Of a stretch of DNA of 64,000 nt, positions 25,133-38,841 are shown one piece after another (the stretch's first letter is position 1; each line of letters opens with the position of its first letter). Made by a program: the position numbers and the translations under genes. Source of the stretch: Neophaeotheca triangularis (taxonomy: Eukaryota); NCBI GenBank assembly GCA_054600435.1, contig BAAIJX010000005.1:434001-498000 (forward strand). The letters are read 5' to 3'. Below the pieces are notes generated by a model. That model saw only the letters and a program-made list of their open reading frames with translations, was not told the DNA's origin and made no database searches.

Positions 25133-27070
25133 ATGTCCGGCTTCAAGGTGGTTGCCCTCATCTCGGGCGGCAAAGACTCGCTTTTCTCAATCTTACACTG
25201 CATCGAGAACGGTCATGATGTCGTCGCTTTGGCGAATCTCTTTCCACGTGCACAAGAGGGTGTAGAGGCTGCTGAAGATACGGACAGCTTCATGTACCAG
25301 ACTATAGGCCACGCTATCATACCGCTTTACGAAGAAGCACTTGGGTTGCCTCTTTTCCGTCAAGAGATTCATGGCGCGGCTGTCAACCAGAGCAAAGACT
25401 ATGATCCCGTAGGGAGCGAGGACTTGGACGAGACAGAATCTCTAGTCCCATTGCTCAAAAAGGCGATGACTGCTCTTCCCGAAGTAAACGCCGTCAGCAC
25501 CGGGGCAATACTTTCAGATTACCAACGAACGCGAGTAGAGTCTGTGGCACTCCGGCTTGGCCTCACGCCTCTATCGTACCTCTGGCAATACCCTACGCTT
25601 CCTCCAGGTACCCAAGACTCCCTACTTCGAGACATGTCAGCCGCTGGGCAAGACTCGAGAATCATCAAGGTCGCCTCTGGAGGCCTGGACGAGAGCTTCC
25701 TCTGGCGGAACGTGGCAGATCCTCGCATCATCCATCGCCTCAACCAAGCGACGAAGCGGTTTGGATCTACGGGGGACGGTGCAGTTCTTGGAGAAGGTGG
25801 CGAGTTTGAAACGTTGGCTGTCGATGGGCCGGCGCCTTTGTGGAAACGCCGTATCGATGTCAGCGACGAAGACTGGCAAGCGGTTAATGGAGATGCCGGC
25901 ACTGCCTTTGCCCGCATAAGTGGGGCGAGGTGTGTCGAGAAGGATGTGGCAGATGCAACTACTCCAGTGCGAAGGCCATCGCTTCTCGACTCTCGTTCTG
26001 CAGCCCTGTACGAAAAGTGCAAGAATGGTGCGCTCACGCATCTTGTACCCGACGCTGCTGATACACGTGGTCAGCACCGAGGTTCGAACACCATGAGCAG
26101 TAAAGGCGCGATTCATCTCCCCAACATCACTGGCAATGGCAGTACCGCGGCCCAGCAGACTGAATTCATCATGAACAGAGTTTGTGAGCAGCTATCGAAA
26201 CATGGCCATCAAAGCAACGACATCTGCTACACTTCGATTACACTACGTGAAATGGGAGACTTCGCCGCAGTCAACCCTGTCTACGGGCGCTACTTCACCG
26301 CTCCCAATCCACCAGCCCGTGTCACAATAGCTTGTGCAGACGTGCTTCCGCAAGACAGCTTCCTAAGCGTATCTACCACAAGTGTACCACGGCCGTCTGC
26401 AGGGCAGCGTTCCGGCTTGCACGTACAATCACGGTCTTACTGGGCACCTGCAAACATCGGCCCTTACTCGCAAGCTATTGTCACGCCGCTAACGAACGGG
26501 ACCGCAAACGATGCTCCAAATCTCATCTATATTGCAGGTCAGATACCCTTGATGCCTGCATCCATGGAGCTACCGATATTGCACGAAGCAGGGTCGAAGA
26601 AGGACAGCTTTCTTTTCCAGGGAGTTTTATCATTGCAACATCTCACTCGCATTGGGTTGGCAATGAAAGTCAAAGTGTGGCTGCATGCGATCGCATTCGT
26701 AACCGCAACTTCACGGCACCAGGCACAGTCGCGAGCCACTCAGGCAAAACGTTTATGGGCCGCCGCTCATGCTCCGGATGAAGTCGATTCAGACGAAGGC
26801 GACTCTGCTGACAATTTTGACGTCTGGGACCTCAAGCATGGCATGCATTCGCATAACCACAGCAGCAGCCCGGATTCCCGAGAGATCCTCCAGGCACCAA
26901 GTTTAGCAGTAAACTGCACTCTGAGTGTGATATGGGTTGATCAGCTGCCAAGGCGAGCCAGCATCGAATGGGCGAGCTATGGTTGCACTTCAATTGTCGA
27001 GGCAGATGACGTGGAACTGCCGCACTTCGACTCCATGGTGGCGGTCTTTTCCGAGCGGCTCGTCGGATAG
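25133..27070 (+). CDS. dph6: Diphthine-ammonia ligase with C-terminal YjgF/RidA domains
   Basis: VALISGGKDS PP-loop, DSFMYQT, GAILSDYQRTRVE, GEGGEFET and LHVQSRSYWAPANIGPYSQA. The likely start is ATG 25133. Confidence 0.94.
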   Translation: MSGFKVVALISGGKDSLFSILHCIENGHDVVALANLFPRAQEGVEAAEDTDSFMYQTIGHAIIPLYEEALGLPLFRQEIHGAAVNQSKDYDPVGSEDLDETESLVPLLKKAMTALPEVNAVSTGAILSDYQRTRVESVALRLGLTPLSYLWQYPTLPPGTQDSLLRDMSAAGQDSRIIKVASGGLDESFLWRNVADPRIIHRLNQATKRFGSTGDGAVLGEGGEFETLAVDGPAPLWKRRIDVSDEDWQAVNGDAGTAFARISGARCVEKDVADATTPVRRPSLLDSRSAALYEKCKNGALTHLVPDAADTRGQHRGSNTMSSKGAIHLPNITGNGSTAAQQTEFIMNRVCEQLSKHGHQSNDICYTSITLREMGDFAAVNPVYGRYFTAPNPPARVTIACADVLPQDSFLSVSTTSVPRPSAGQRSGLHVQSRSYWAPANIGPYSQAIVTPLTNGTANDAPNLIYIAGQIPLMPASMELPILHEAGSKKDSFLFQGVLSLQHLTRIGLAMKVKVWLHAIAFVTATSRHQAQSRATQAKRLWAAAHAPDEVDSDEGDSADNFDVWDLKHGMHSHNHSSSPDSREILQAPSLAVNCTLSVIWVDQLPRRASIEWASYGCTSIVEADDVELPHFDSMVAVFSERLVG

Positions 27071-27642
27071 AAACTACCTAGGAGGGAGTAATGTTGCGCT
27101 GTTGTATAACCCCGTCTTTTACCCCACTCACGTGCCCTCCACGGCGCGTGCCACCCCGACGCGGCTCGCACTCGACTGCTCATCAAGCCTTGCACAACTC
27201 CTACACAACAATAATACTTCAACATGCGATGGAGACTGACGCTCCTGGTCCGACAAAGGGACCTGTGGGGCCTGTCTGGACTCTCCACCCTCTCCATTCA
27301 CAGAGACGCTGTATCCGAGGTAGCGCCATACCGACCTCAGAGGGGTTCGGGTAAGTGGCCATGGTATGCCTCAGATCTCTCTATAAGTATAGTATTGCCT
27401 GTCTCTATTCGCGTGCATCCTCTGAGCTCTGCCATCTTTCACTATTTTGTCAAGGCTTCCTGCCATTTAGATCCCTTTTCCTGTCCGTTCGCCACCGTGA
27501 TCGATATACAGTGACTCGAGACGTCGTAACATCATCCCACAAGCGTAAAGCTACCACTTCTGCCAGAGACGCCGTGATCAATCTTGCACTCCTACTACTG
27601 CCCATTCTTAGACCTACATTGACTGGAGAGGCCCTCAGAACC

Positions 27643-29820
27643 ATGGCACCAGACCTCAACGCCGTCGCCGCTGGCGGTCGTATCGACTACTCCACGCCCG
27701 GATCCAGCGGCTACAATGTCAAGCAAGACCTGACGATGAACGACCCAGCGAACCGAAAACTTCGAGTTCTGACCATCGGTGCTGGCGTCTCGGGCATTAT
27801 GATGGCTTATCAAATCCAGAAGCAGTGCGCCAACGTCGAGCACGTCATTTACGAGAGGGAGAGGAACATTGGGGGAACGTGGCTGCTGAACAGGTTTGTC
27901 TCTCAATTGATGTGCGCCCTCAATCGCTACGTCGAGCTGATCGTTGTGCGCGAGATACCCCGGCTGCGGTTGTGACATCCCGAGCCACGCTTACACTTAC
28001 CCGTTTGCTCTCAATCCGGACTAGCCTCGTTTCTTCTCCTACTCAGGTGATATCTGGAAGTACCTTGACAAAGTATGCGAGACTTTTGATCTGCGCAAGT
28101 ACATGACCTTCAACACGGAGGTTATCGGCTGCTGGTTCAACGAGGAGAAAGGTGAGTGGAAAGTCAGGCTACGAGAGACCAGAGCCGGGCAGGGGCCTAG
28201 GGAATACGACGACTGGTGCCACTTGCTGTTGCACGCCACCGGTCTCCTCAACAATTTCAAGGTGAGCTCTTTACAACCCCCTTTGCCACGGTCCTAAAGC
28301 TGACCTGACACCCCTCAGTGGCCGAATATCCCCGGCCTAAAAGACAAGTTCAAGGGCAAAGTCGTCCACACCGCCGATTGGCCCGACGAATACCAACAAG
28401 AGCAGTGGAAAAACGACACAGTCGCCGTCATAGGCTCTGGCGCGAGCTCCGTCCAAACCGTCCCCACAATGCAACCGCACGCCAAACATATCGACGTCTT
28501 CGTGCGAACGGGCGTCTGGTTCGTGCAATTCGCCGACAACAACGGCTCCAACCGAGAGTATACGGAAGAGGAAAAGGAAAACTTCCGCCACGATCCCAAG
28601 ACCCTGGTGGCCCATGCCAAGTACATTGAGGACCAGGTCAATGGTATCTGGGGAGGTTTTTACTCCGGCACCGAGGCTCAGAAGCAGATTGCGGACTATT
28701 TCAAGCAGCGCATGGCGGAGTATATCAAGGATGAGCGGTTGCTCAGGGGCTTCACGCCGAAGTTCGAGGTCGGTTGCCGTCGGATTACGCCCGGTGATCC
28801 TTATATGAAGGCTATTCAGGAGGAGAATGTTGATGTGCACTTTACGCCTGTGGTGTCGGCTACGGAGGATGGTGTTGTGGGCGAAGATGGCGTTGAGCGC
28901 AAGGTCGACACGGTGAGATTGCAACCACAGCATTTCCATACCACACGGTTGACGTAGCAGCTGGTGGTGGTTCTGGCCTCGAGCAAGAACCTCGGCAACC
29001 ACGAAGCCATGCGAGTGGAATTCCAGCACTGACAAGACACCTAACAGATCGTTTGCGCAACCGGCTTCGACGTCTCCTACAAGCCACGCTTCCCCATTGT
29101 CGGCAACGGAGGCATCGACCTCAAAGACAAATGGAACCCCTATCCAGAAGGCTACCTTGGGCTCGCAGTGCCCGACTTCCCCAATTTCTTGACCTTCATT
29201 GGTCCAACCTGGCCTGTGGAAAATGGATCAGTCATGGGACCCCTGTCCACCGTCTCCGAATACGCCGTCCAGATCATCAAGAAAATGCAAAACGAGAACA
29301 TCAAGTCCTGGGTACCTAAACAGGACGTCACTGATGAGTTCAACCAACACGCGCAGGAGTGGATCAAGCACACGTACGTCATCTCTCAGCTGGAATCACC
29401 TAGCAGACCAACAAAAGTAACTGCGCAGAGCTAACTACCCGAGACCACAGCGTGTGGAAAGACGAATGCCGCAGCTGGTATAAAGACAACGACACGGGCC
29501 GCGTCAATGCCGTCTGGCCCGGCAGCAGCATGCACTACCAGCAAGTCATCGACAAGCCCCGGTACGAAGACTTCGACATCCGGTACCACGACCGCAACCG
29601 CTGGGCGCACCTGGGCATGGGTTGGACGATTGAGAACCGCCTCGGGCCTGAGAAGGCCGATTGCAGCCCTTACATCAACTTGCTGAACATCGATCCCAAG
29701 TGGTATGATGCGATTGGGGGTGAGAAGCGGAATCTGGTCGAGCAGAGGGAGAATCAGCATGCCAGAGACGATGAGCTGGGCCGTAAAGCTGCGCTGGAAG
29801 ACGATAGAGTGGCTCAGTAG
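27643..29820 (+). pseudogene. Flavin-dependent Baeyer-Villiger monooxygenase with one in-frame TAG (pseudogene or recoded gene)
   Basis: Exons 27643-27893, 27955-28261, 28319-28912, 29048-29373 and 29451-29820. [28 protein letters not shown] fingerprint [19 protein letters not shown] and CATGFD. In-frame TAG at 28022-28024. Confidence 0.85.
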
Positions 29821-30346
29821 TCGTGTATTGCAGACGATGAGTATGAGTTGATGCTCTGCCCAACACCCACGAAGCACACACGAAAGCCGTCGCCAACTCC
29901 CCGCGGTCTCGGTCACTTCAAGGTCTCCGACTCCTGTCGGGTGAAGGACAACAATTAATACCATGTCACGATGCAAACACAATTCTGAGAAACACACATC
30001 ACAAGGTAGCTGGGCAATTTCTGGCAATCTTTGTATCAAGTCAGCCGCGAAGGGGTTCACTTCATTGTTTTTCAGCGCGATCTATGATGTCTTTCGGGCT
30101 TTGCATCGATTCCATGCTGCAGTCGTCGTGCGATACTTTCCCAGGACTTTCTATACCGCTTGTCATTGGAGCACGCTGGGCTCGTTGCCAGGAAGGTCAA
30201 AAGGTTGACGGAAATCCCTAGCAGTTGTGGTCCTCGCCGGAATATGCACAAGTTCCGTTGCTGGCAATGTCGGAAGTGGTGGCGCGGTCGAATGACGTTC
30301 GCTAGCAGATGCAATACTGGCTGTGTTGGTCGTATAGGTAGTGGAG

Positions 30347-31471
30347 CTAGCTTTGTGTCTTGGTCTCTGATTCCCTACCCGTGCCGAGTGTTTTTTCCGC
30401 CTGCTCCCAAAAGCCCGCACTGATCAGGTAGAGAATCCAGTCGCAGCCGAGAGAGCTGACGGCTGGGTGCACGAACAGCGCACTTGCGACGTCGATGGTA
30501 AATTCCAAGGTGGTCCCGGGGAAATGACTATACCTGATCCCAACGACCGTGATCAACAGAAGCTGAAACCAGCGAGAACTTCCCCAACCAGAGATACCGT
30601 TTCTCGCGAGCGACAACGGCACAAACAGCAACGAACGAGCTGTCAATATCAGAGGCAAGAGCCATGGTGTTTCAGCAGTCAGCGGCGCCGCCAAAATGCA
30701 AGCAGAGTACCCGAGTACCACATGCCAACTAGCCTCAGTGAGTCGAAAGGGAGGCGCCTCTTCCGAAGCCTGCCTAGCCCCCTCTTCCCCTTCGTCCGTC
30801 GGCAACAGCAGCAACGCGACGTAGAAAAGGTTGACCGTAAAAGAAACCGGCAAAATCTGCGCCAGACCAAAGAAAGCCCAAAGTCTCGGGACGCGACGAC
30901 GGGTACCTACCAGCGAAAAGGAAGAATATCTCAGCACTCACCCCATGACCGAGAACGCTCCCGTCGCTTCATCGAGAGCAAGGAAAGGGAAAAATCCTTG
31001 CACTCAAGACGCGCCGAAAACACCGGAACAACGAAGACAACAAGACAACCTACCTTCAAACCCCATAAACAGCGCCGTCTCTGCCGTCGCCAACAAAGCC
31101 CCCAAAACCCAAAACCCCCTTCCATCGCTCTCCCAAGCGACAATCGCCTCGCCAAAATCCAAGAACAACGTCGAGCTCACCGACCACTTCCACACTCTGG
31201 CGAGCAGCGTCTCCGGGCCTTGGGAGAAACTGTGCCGGGACCACTGCTGGAAGGATTGGAGCAAGACATGAAGCATGTTGAAAGAGAGGACGACGAAGCT
31301 GAGAGCGGACAGGAGGATGAAGCGCCGTAGATGCGGTTTTCGGGTTGCTGGCAGGGGGTGAGCGAGCGAGAGGGCGTAGAGGGTGTGGATCACGAGGGCT
31401 GTGAGAAGGAGGGCAGCGAGAATGTAGAGCCAGAAGATTGTCGCGCCGGTGTAGTTTGTTGGGGCTGTCAT
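30347..31471 (-). CDS. Uncharacterised multi-pass membrane protein
   Basis: Exons 31471-31054 and 30906-30347 join in frame (..[38 protein letters not shown]). Many hydrophobic segments. Confidence 0.75.
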
Positions 31472-33118
31472 GTTGGTAGCGTTCTCCAATCGAACTGTGT
31501 TAGATGGGCGATGGAAGGAGAGAATGTAGAAATTGACGATGGGATGGGAGACTGGAGGTGAGGTCTCTGTGTCGGTGGCGTTGACGGCGCCAAGAAGCCA
31601 ACTTTGAAAGCGGAACATGGGAGGTAACGAGTATTGCATGACTACTCAATATTAATGTTCCAGAAGGCCACTATCCCAGCCTCTCGGCCATAGGTGTGCC
31701 CTTTTACCCCAAAGCAACTATCCCAAGCAACCGTAGCAAACCTAAAGACTCCCCCTACGGCTCTAACTAGGTCTTTAAGGAAAGACGAACGGAGCTTTGC
31801 CGGGGACACTTCTGCTCAATCCAGTTATTTCGAGTTTTGCTCTCCTGGCGGTAGCTATTAGACTTGTTTTCGATACCGCAGCTCTCTAGTAGGAGAGAGA
31901 TAGGCCTCTGCCTTAAAGCATACCGTGTAGCACCACAAAGGGGTAGTAGGGTGGACTAAGCCCGGGGATAATAGCACGTACTGGTGAGACACTGCTGGAT
32001 GGTCGGTCCGCCAACTCTGCAGCTTCTGCTGAAGATGATAATCACGGATTTTTATTAATGTCACGCATCCTGTGAAGTTCGAATAATGATCATGATCTAG
32101 GCGCAAGCAAAACGTGGCAACAGTTGTTAAAGCAATTAGGAACGAACATAGACCACCTAGGAGTACATCTACTTGAACACATGTCACTATTATTTTAACG
32201 AGAAACAAGGTACCTGAATGTTGCTATGCAAAAGGCACATGTTGGGAATCTATCGACTGCTCCGTGCGGGAACAAAGCAGCAAGCCCGGAGAGCAATGTC
32301 AACGCAGTATCGCAATGGGAAAGAAGGCAAGCAGCAACACACTCCATTATCGTATCAAATCCTTTTCTGTCTGCCCTCGCTGCCCTGATCTCGCCAGATC
32401 ACATCATGCTATTAGACGGCAAGCACGCCTCGAGCTCTTGCGAAAGGCGAGCCCTCGAGATGCAGTAATAAAAGCCTCTTTCCCCCCGAAAACCATTGTC
32501 CGGGTGAAAAGGCCTCGATCCGTGGTCCGCTCGCATGCATAGTCTATATTGGTATCATCTGAAAGCAATCATCGCGCCTTGCACTATTCTGCAGCTGCTC
32601 TCCCTTGCCTCGTTGATTCGACCCGCGTCCGGTTGCCAGACGGTTGCCGATGGTGAGGTGTTGGAGAGCGTTGTGTAGTGCAAGTCGCAGTAAACGCCCG
32701 AGAAGATGATGTGACGGAAATCATTTCGCAGTCTCGCTTTTGGTGTTGGTGACATGATGGTGTAGTGCTGGAAAGAATCGCTGGGAAAGAAACACGCCGC
32801 TTGTCGACCATAAAGAACGCCGATTGGTGACTGCACGAAGTCGACAGTTCGTGATACGTAGAAGCGTCGTGGAAAAGGCCCTGCCGGTGGTGGAAGGCCC
32901 TCTGCATGAGGCGCTAAATGGGTATCGCAAATTGTCGACCGAAAGTGATGCCTAGTGCCGTCTTCTGTCACGCCAGTGCAATGCAACCGGAATGAAGGAA
33001 GTCAACGCTGGAATGGAGTCGCACGTGTCCGGTCCGTGCGAAGATAGGTCGAAAGGGCCGATGAAACAAAAACAAAAGTGCTGGATGATGGTGGTGGGCT
33101 GGGGAAGAACGGAGTTCT

Positions 33119-35308
<2,190 letters not shown>

Positions 35309-35798
35309 GATGGATGAAGTGGTATTTTCAAGTCGGTAGTGTTGGTCGAAAGTAGTGAGGTTTGTGGTGGAAAGGATGTGGGTGATTGCCTCTGAGGGAG
35401 CGAACGTCGGTCGGTGAAGCACGTGCTTTTCAGACGTTCTGCAGAGCCTCTGATACAAGAAGAACTTGCAGAAGAGACTGAATATGAGAGTGTGATGTGG
35501 TGTGAGGGTCTCAAACACAAGTGGTGAGACGCAAGAGGAGGGGTGGGAGGGTGTTGTAATGGTGAAGGGGTAAGAGAAGTTCTCCAGGAAATTTTGTCTG
35601 AGGCCCTTCAGCCACGGGGAACCTAGCCCGGCAGGATCCGACAAAACTTAGGTAAGCTGTCAAAAAGCCTTGGCAGGAGAAGTACAGTCACGTTACGAGC
35701 CAACAAACATCTTGTATGCCATCTAATCAGTACTTATGGGACACGGGAGTAATGTATGAATTAAGTTGAAGCGCAATGCATTGGATTGACATCGTATC

Positions 35799-36942
35799 TC
35801 ATGCGTGTTCGTAAGCTCCATGCCTTCCAGCCACGCCCGTTCGACGGGCACTGTTCAGCTTGACGAAACCAAAGCAGACACCAATGATTGCGAAGAAGAT
35901 GAAGACCTTGTTGGTGATACTAAGGCCCATAGCGCCAGGGCCACCAAGCTCAGCAATAATTTCTTCTTTGTGTTGGTGCAAGGGCTTGTCCAACGTCTCC
36001 CCAACCGCAGCGTTAACGTCTTCAGTCGTGTCTTCGTTGAGCGGTTCGGTAGAGCCAGCCGAGCCTTCTAGACCTGCGATTCAGAGCACAGTCAGCCAGG
36101 TCTCTTCTCAAACTGCACTGCAGACATAACAGCGCACCACATACTGGGCATATAGAATCTGCAGGGCAGAACGACTAGAGCTCGCTTCTAATACCTTCTT
36201 CCGGCATCTCCAGCTCTCCGCTCTTAATGATCTTGACAGTCTGCTTGGGCTTGTCTCCTGGATTCTTTGGTACGTTCTCAATCTTCTCGACAATGTCGTA
36301 ACCCTCAAGCACCTCGCCGAAGACGACGTGCTTGCCATCAAGCCAGCTGGTGATGGCGGTCGTGATGAAGAATTGGGAGCCGTTGGTGTCCCTACCAGAG
36401 TTGGCCATGCCTGGAGAGAATCATTAGCATGTGCACAATCGGGGTATAGCAATATTTTAAGGGGGCTTACTGAGCAGGCCCTTCTTAGTGTGCTTGAGCT
36501 TGAAGTTCTCGTCGGGGAACTTGGCGCCGTAGATGCTCTTTCCGCCAGTGCCATCGCCCCTGGTGAAGTCGCCACCTTGGATCATGAACTGCTTGATGAC
36601 ACGGTGGAAAGTCGATCCCTCGTAACCGTAGCCCTCTTGTCCAGTAGCCAAAGCGCGGAAGTTCTCGGCAGTCTTGGGGACAGTGCCGCCGTAAAGACCC
36701 ATGGTGATGCGGCCAATCTCCTCATCACCATGCTGAATGTCGAAATACACCTGGTGTGTGATCTTTGGCGCTCGGGTTAGCGGTTCGGCTCTGGGTTCGA
36801 ACTCCTCCATGATTGGGGTGAGCTCGCGTCCAGCGAAACGTACTTTAGGGCCCTTAGCGGCTTCGGCGGTTTGGGAGAAGTAAAAGAAGATAACGGTCAA
36901 AATGAGCATGCAGCTCACTGCGAGACGCTGGAAGGAAGCCAT
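35799..36942 (-). CDS. cypB: Cyclophilin B, ER peptidyl-prolyl isomerase, with two possible C-termini
   Basis: Signal peptide; exons 36942-36844, 36762-36471 and 36410-36175 (ending ..EEGIRSEL*). [16 protein letters not shown] and [10 protein letters not shown] motifs. Optional intron 36194-36074 leads to a TM-encoding exon ending at 35799. Confidence 0.93.
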
Positions 36943-37201
36943 GATTGCTCAATGGATAGTATGGGTAGGGTGAGTGAGGTAGGTAGAGGATTGTGGACAG
37001 CTGGAGAGAGGGACTCGATCTAGGAGACTGGGACACTACTGCAAGGTGGGGAATGCAAGGGCACCGCGGATTGGACCCTGCCGACGACCGCCAAGACATG
37101 AGGCTCAAGTGAAGCCGACTGCACCTGCAGACGACAGCTCCAACTGCCATTGAAGACCTGAGTCCAAGATAGACATCGAATAGCGACTGCCGACAGCCAC
37201 A

Positions 37202-37679
37202 ATGGTAGACCAACGTGCGATACCCAGCGCATCAAGTTCAAACTAACACCAGCCCACAGATTTTCATCTTCGGCGTCCCCTTCGCCGAGTCGCGACTTGT
37301 CTCCAAATCTCTGCAAAGCATGTACGGCATCGGACCTGCCATACGAACGCGCCTGATGGCCAAATTCCACATCCACGAAACGGCCAAAATTGGAACCCTC
37401 AAGGACAACCAGATCAACGGCCTGGCTGAAGAGTTGTCGACCATGACGCTTGAGAACGACCTTAAAAGGCAACTAGTGGACAACATCAAGCGGTTGAGAG
37501 ATATGGGCACGTACAGGGGTAGGCGGCATGCTATGAGCTTGCCTGTAAGAGGGCAGAATACTAGGACACAGGTGAGTTCTGAGGTTTGGCTGAGGTTAGC
37601 TGTGGATGGGCTGGCTAACGCTTTGCTTCTGCAGATCAATACTGCTAGGAAGTTGAACAGGGTTGAGAGGCGTAAGTAA
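37202..37679 (+). CDS. sws2: Mitochondrial small-subunit ribosomal protein uS13
   Basis: Exons 37202-37204, 37260-37571 and 37635-37679. YGIG and GTYRGRRHAMSLPVRGQNTR S13 signatures. Confidence 0.93.
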
Positions 37680-38617
37680 GGGAGAAGCGTGGCACTTCTG
37701 CTTTTTAAGCGAGCATTGGACGGCGTTTGGAGGCTCCATGATACCATGTGCATAGTACTGTACAGTATGGGAAAGCACTGTTTAAGATGGCTATATGTAC
37801 GAAATATTCTTACACGCATGCAATGGCGAAAGGCTTTGACTGACAACAGCCAAGTCTACATTGAGACCACCTCGTGGCTAGTAGGCCTGTGCGCTCTACA
37901 GGAGTCGTCCCATGGTACGGTGAAGTAGATTACTACTGGAAGCTTTTTACGGTTTTACCCTTTAGGTTCCGAGAGGTAGAGCTTTCCAAAGACACGAGCA
38001 AAACCTGTCAATATTGACGGCAAAGACGAGCTATGTGAGACTCTGGGATCACTAAGCAAAACCCCACCTTTCCATGAGCGGTCCCTGGTCCCCCGTTCCA
38101 TGGCTAAAGGCCGCCCATAGACAAGAATCAGTCGAGTGTATCGTCAAGGCAGCTACTCGGTCTGCTCACGCTGTCACGAAAGATCACTCAAAATCACTCA
38201 AAAAAGACATCCTTGACGCAGTAAAGTGGCCAGGTATATAAAGAATGCTACCTATTATCCAACGCCCTTCTCACCAAGACCAGCTTGCTTGAGCAACAAA
38301 CGCCGTGAATATGTGCTGTGATACCCAACCCAAGCCAGCTTGTCCTATGCACCTCGCCAACAGACCCAAAACCGAGAAATCGCTATGCTGATATCGAAAA
38401 TGCCGTCTTGGACTTCAAGTCCTCGAACTCCTCAGGTAAGACATGAGTGTCTGCTTCGCCGGCTCAAAGAACGGGCATCCATTCCAACCGTGTACTAAAG
38501 GCTCCCCCCGTTATAGTGGTTGGCTTTCTGCAGCTTGATGGATCTTTGAGAGATGTTTGAATCTGTGCAATGTCTCGCTGCGTACTTCTTCCGGTTGGGA
38601 GACGATCCAGGCTTCCT

Positions 38618-38841
38618 TTAAGTGCCTACCATTGAATTAGTTCACAGCCTCTTGCTGGACATGACGGGACGTTGTGCTTACCAGGATCGCGCGGTTTCGG
38701 CTCCCGTCGCTGGCCTTTGGTGCCGGGATCGCGAGGCTGGATATCTTTGGGATCTTTGGGTCCTTTGGGCCCATAAGCTCGAACACCGGCAATGCCGGAT
38801 CGTCGAGAAATCTGGGGACCTTCGTGGCCTGAGTGCGTCAT
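38618..38841 (-). CDS. Putative 55-aa proline-rich microprotein with two PRDPGT repeats
   Basis: CAACA-ATG context, CA-rich leader and an upstream TATATTAA near 38972-38979. A 56-nt intron 38681-38626 (GTAAGC..CTAAT..TAG) when removed completes a second PRDPGT followed by TAA. Confidence 0.6.

Noticed and set aside
26100..27070. RidA/YjgF domains fused to Dph6
   Set aside because: This is the normal architecture of fungal Dph6.
7742..29820. Secondary-metabolite cluster joining the NRPS-like gene, GT8 and BVMO
   Set aside because: They are separated by many housekeeping genes, with no cluster regulator or transporter.
36763..36843. 27-aa insertion in cypB shown by the ORF track
   Set aside because: It is an 81-nt in-frame intron (GTACGT..CTAAC..AAG).
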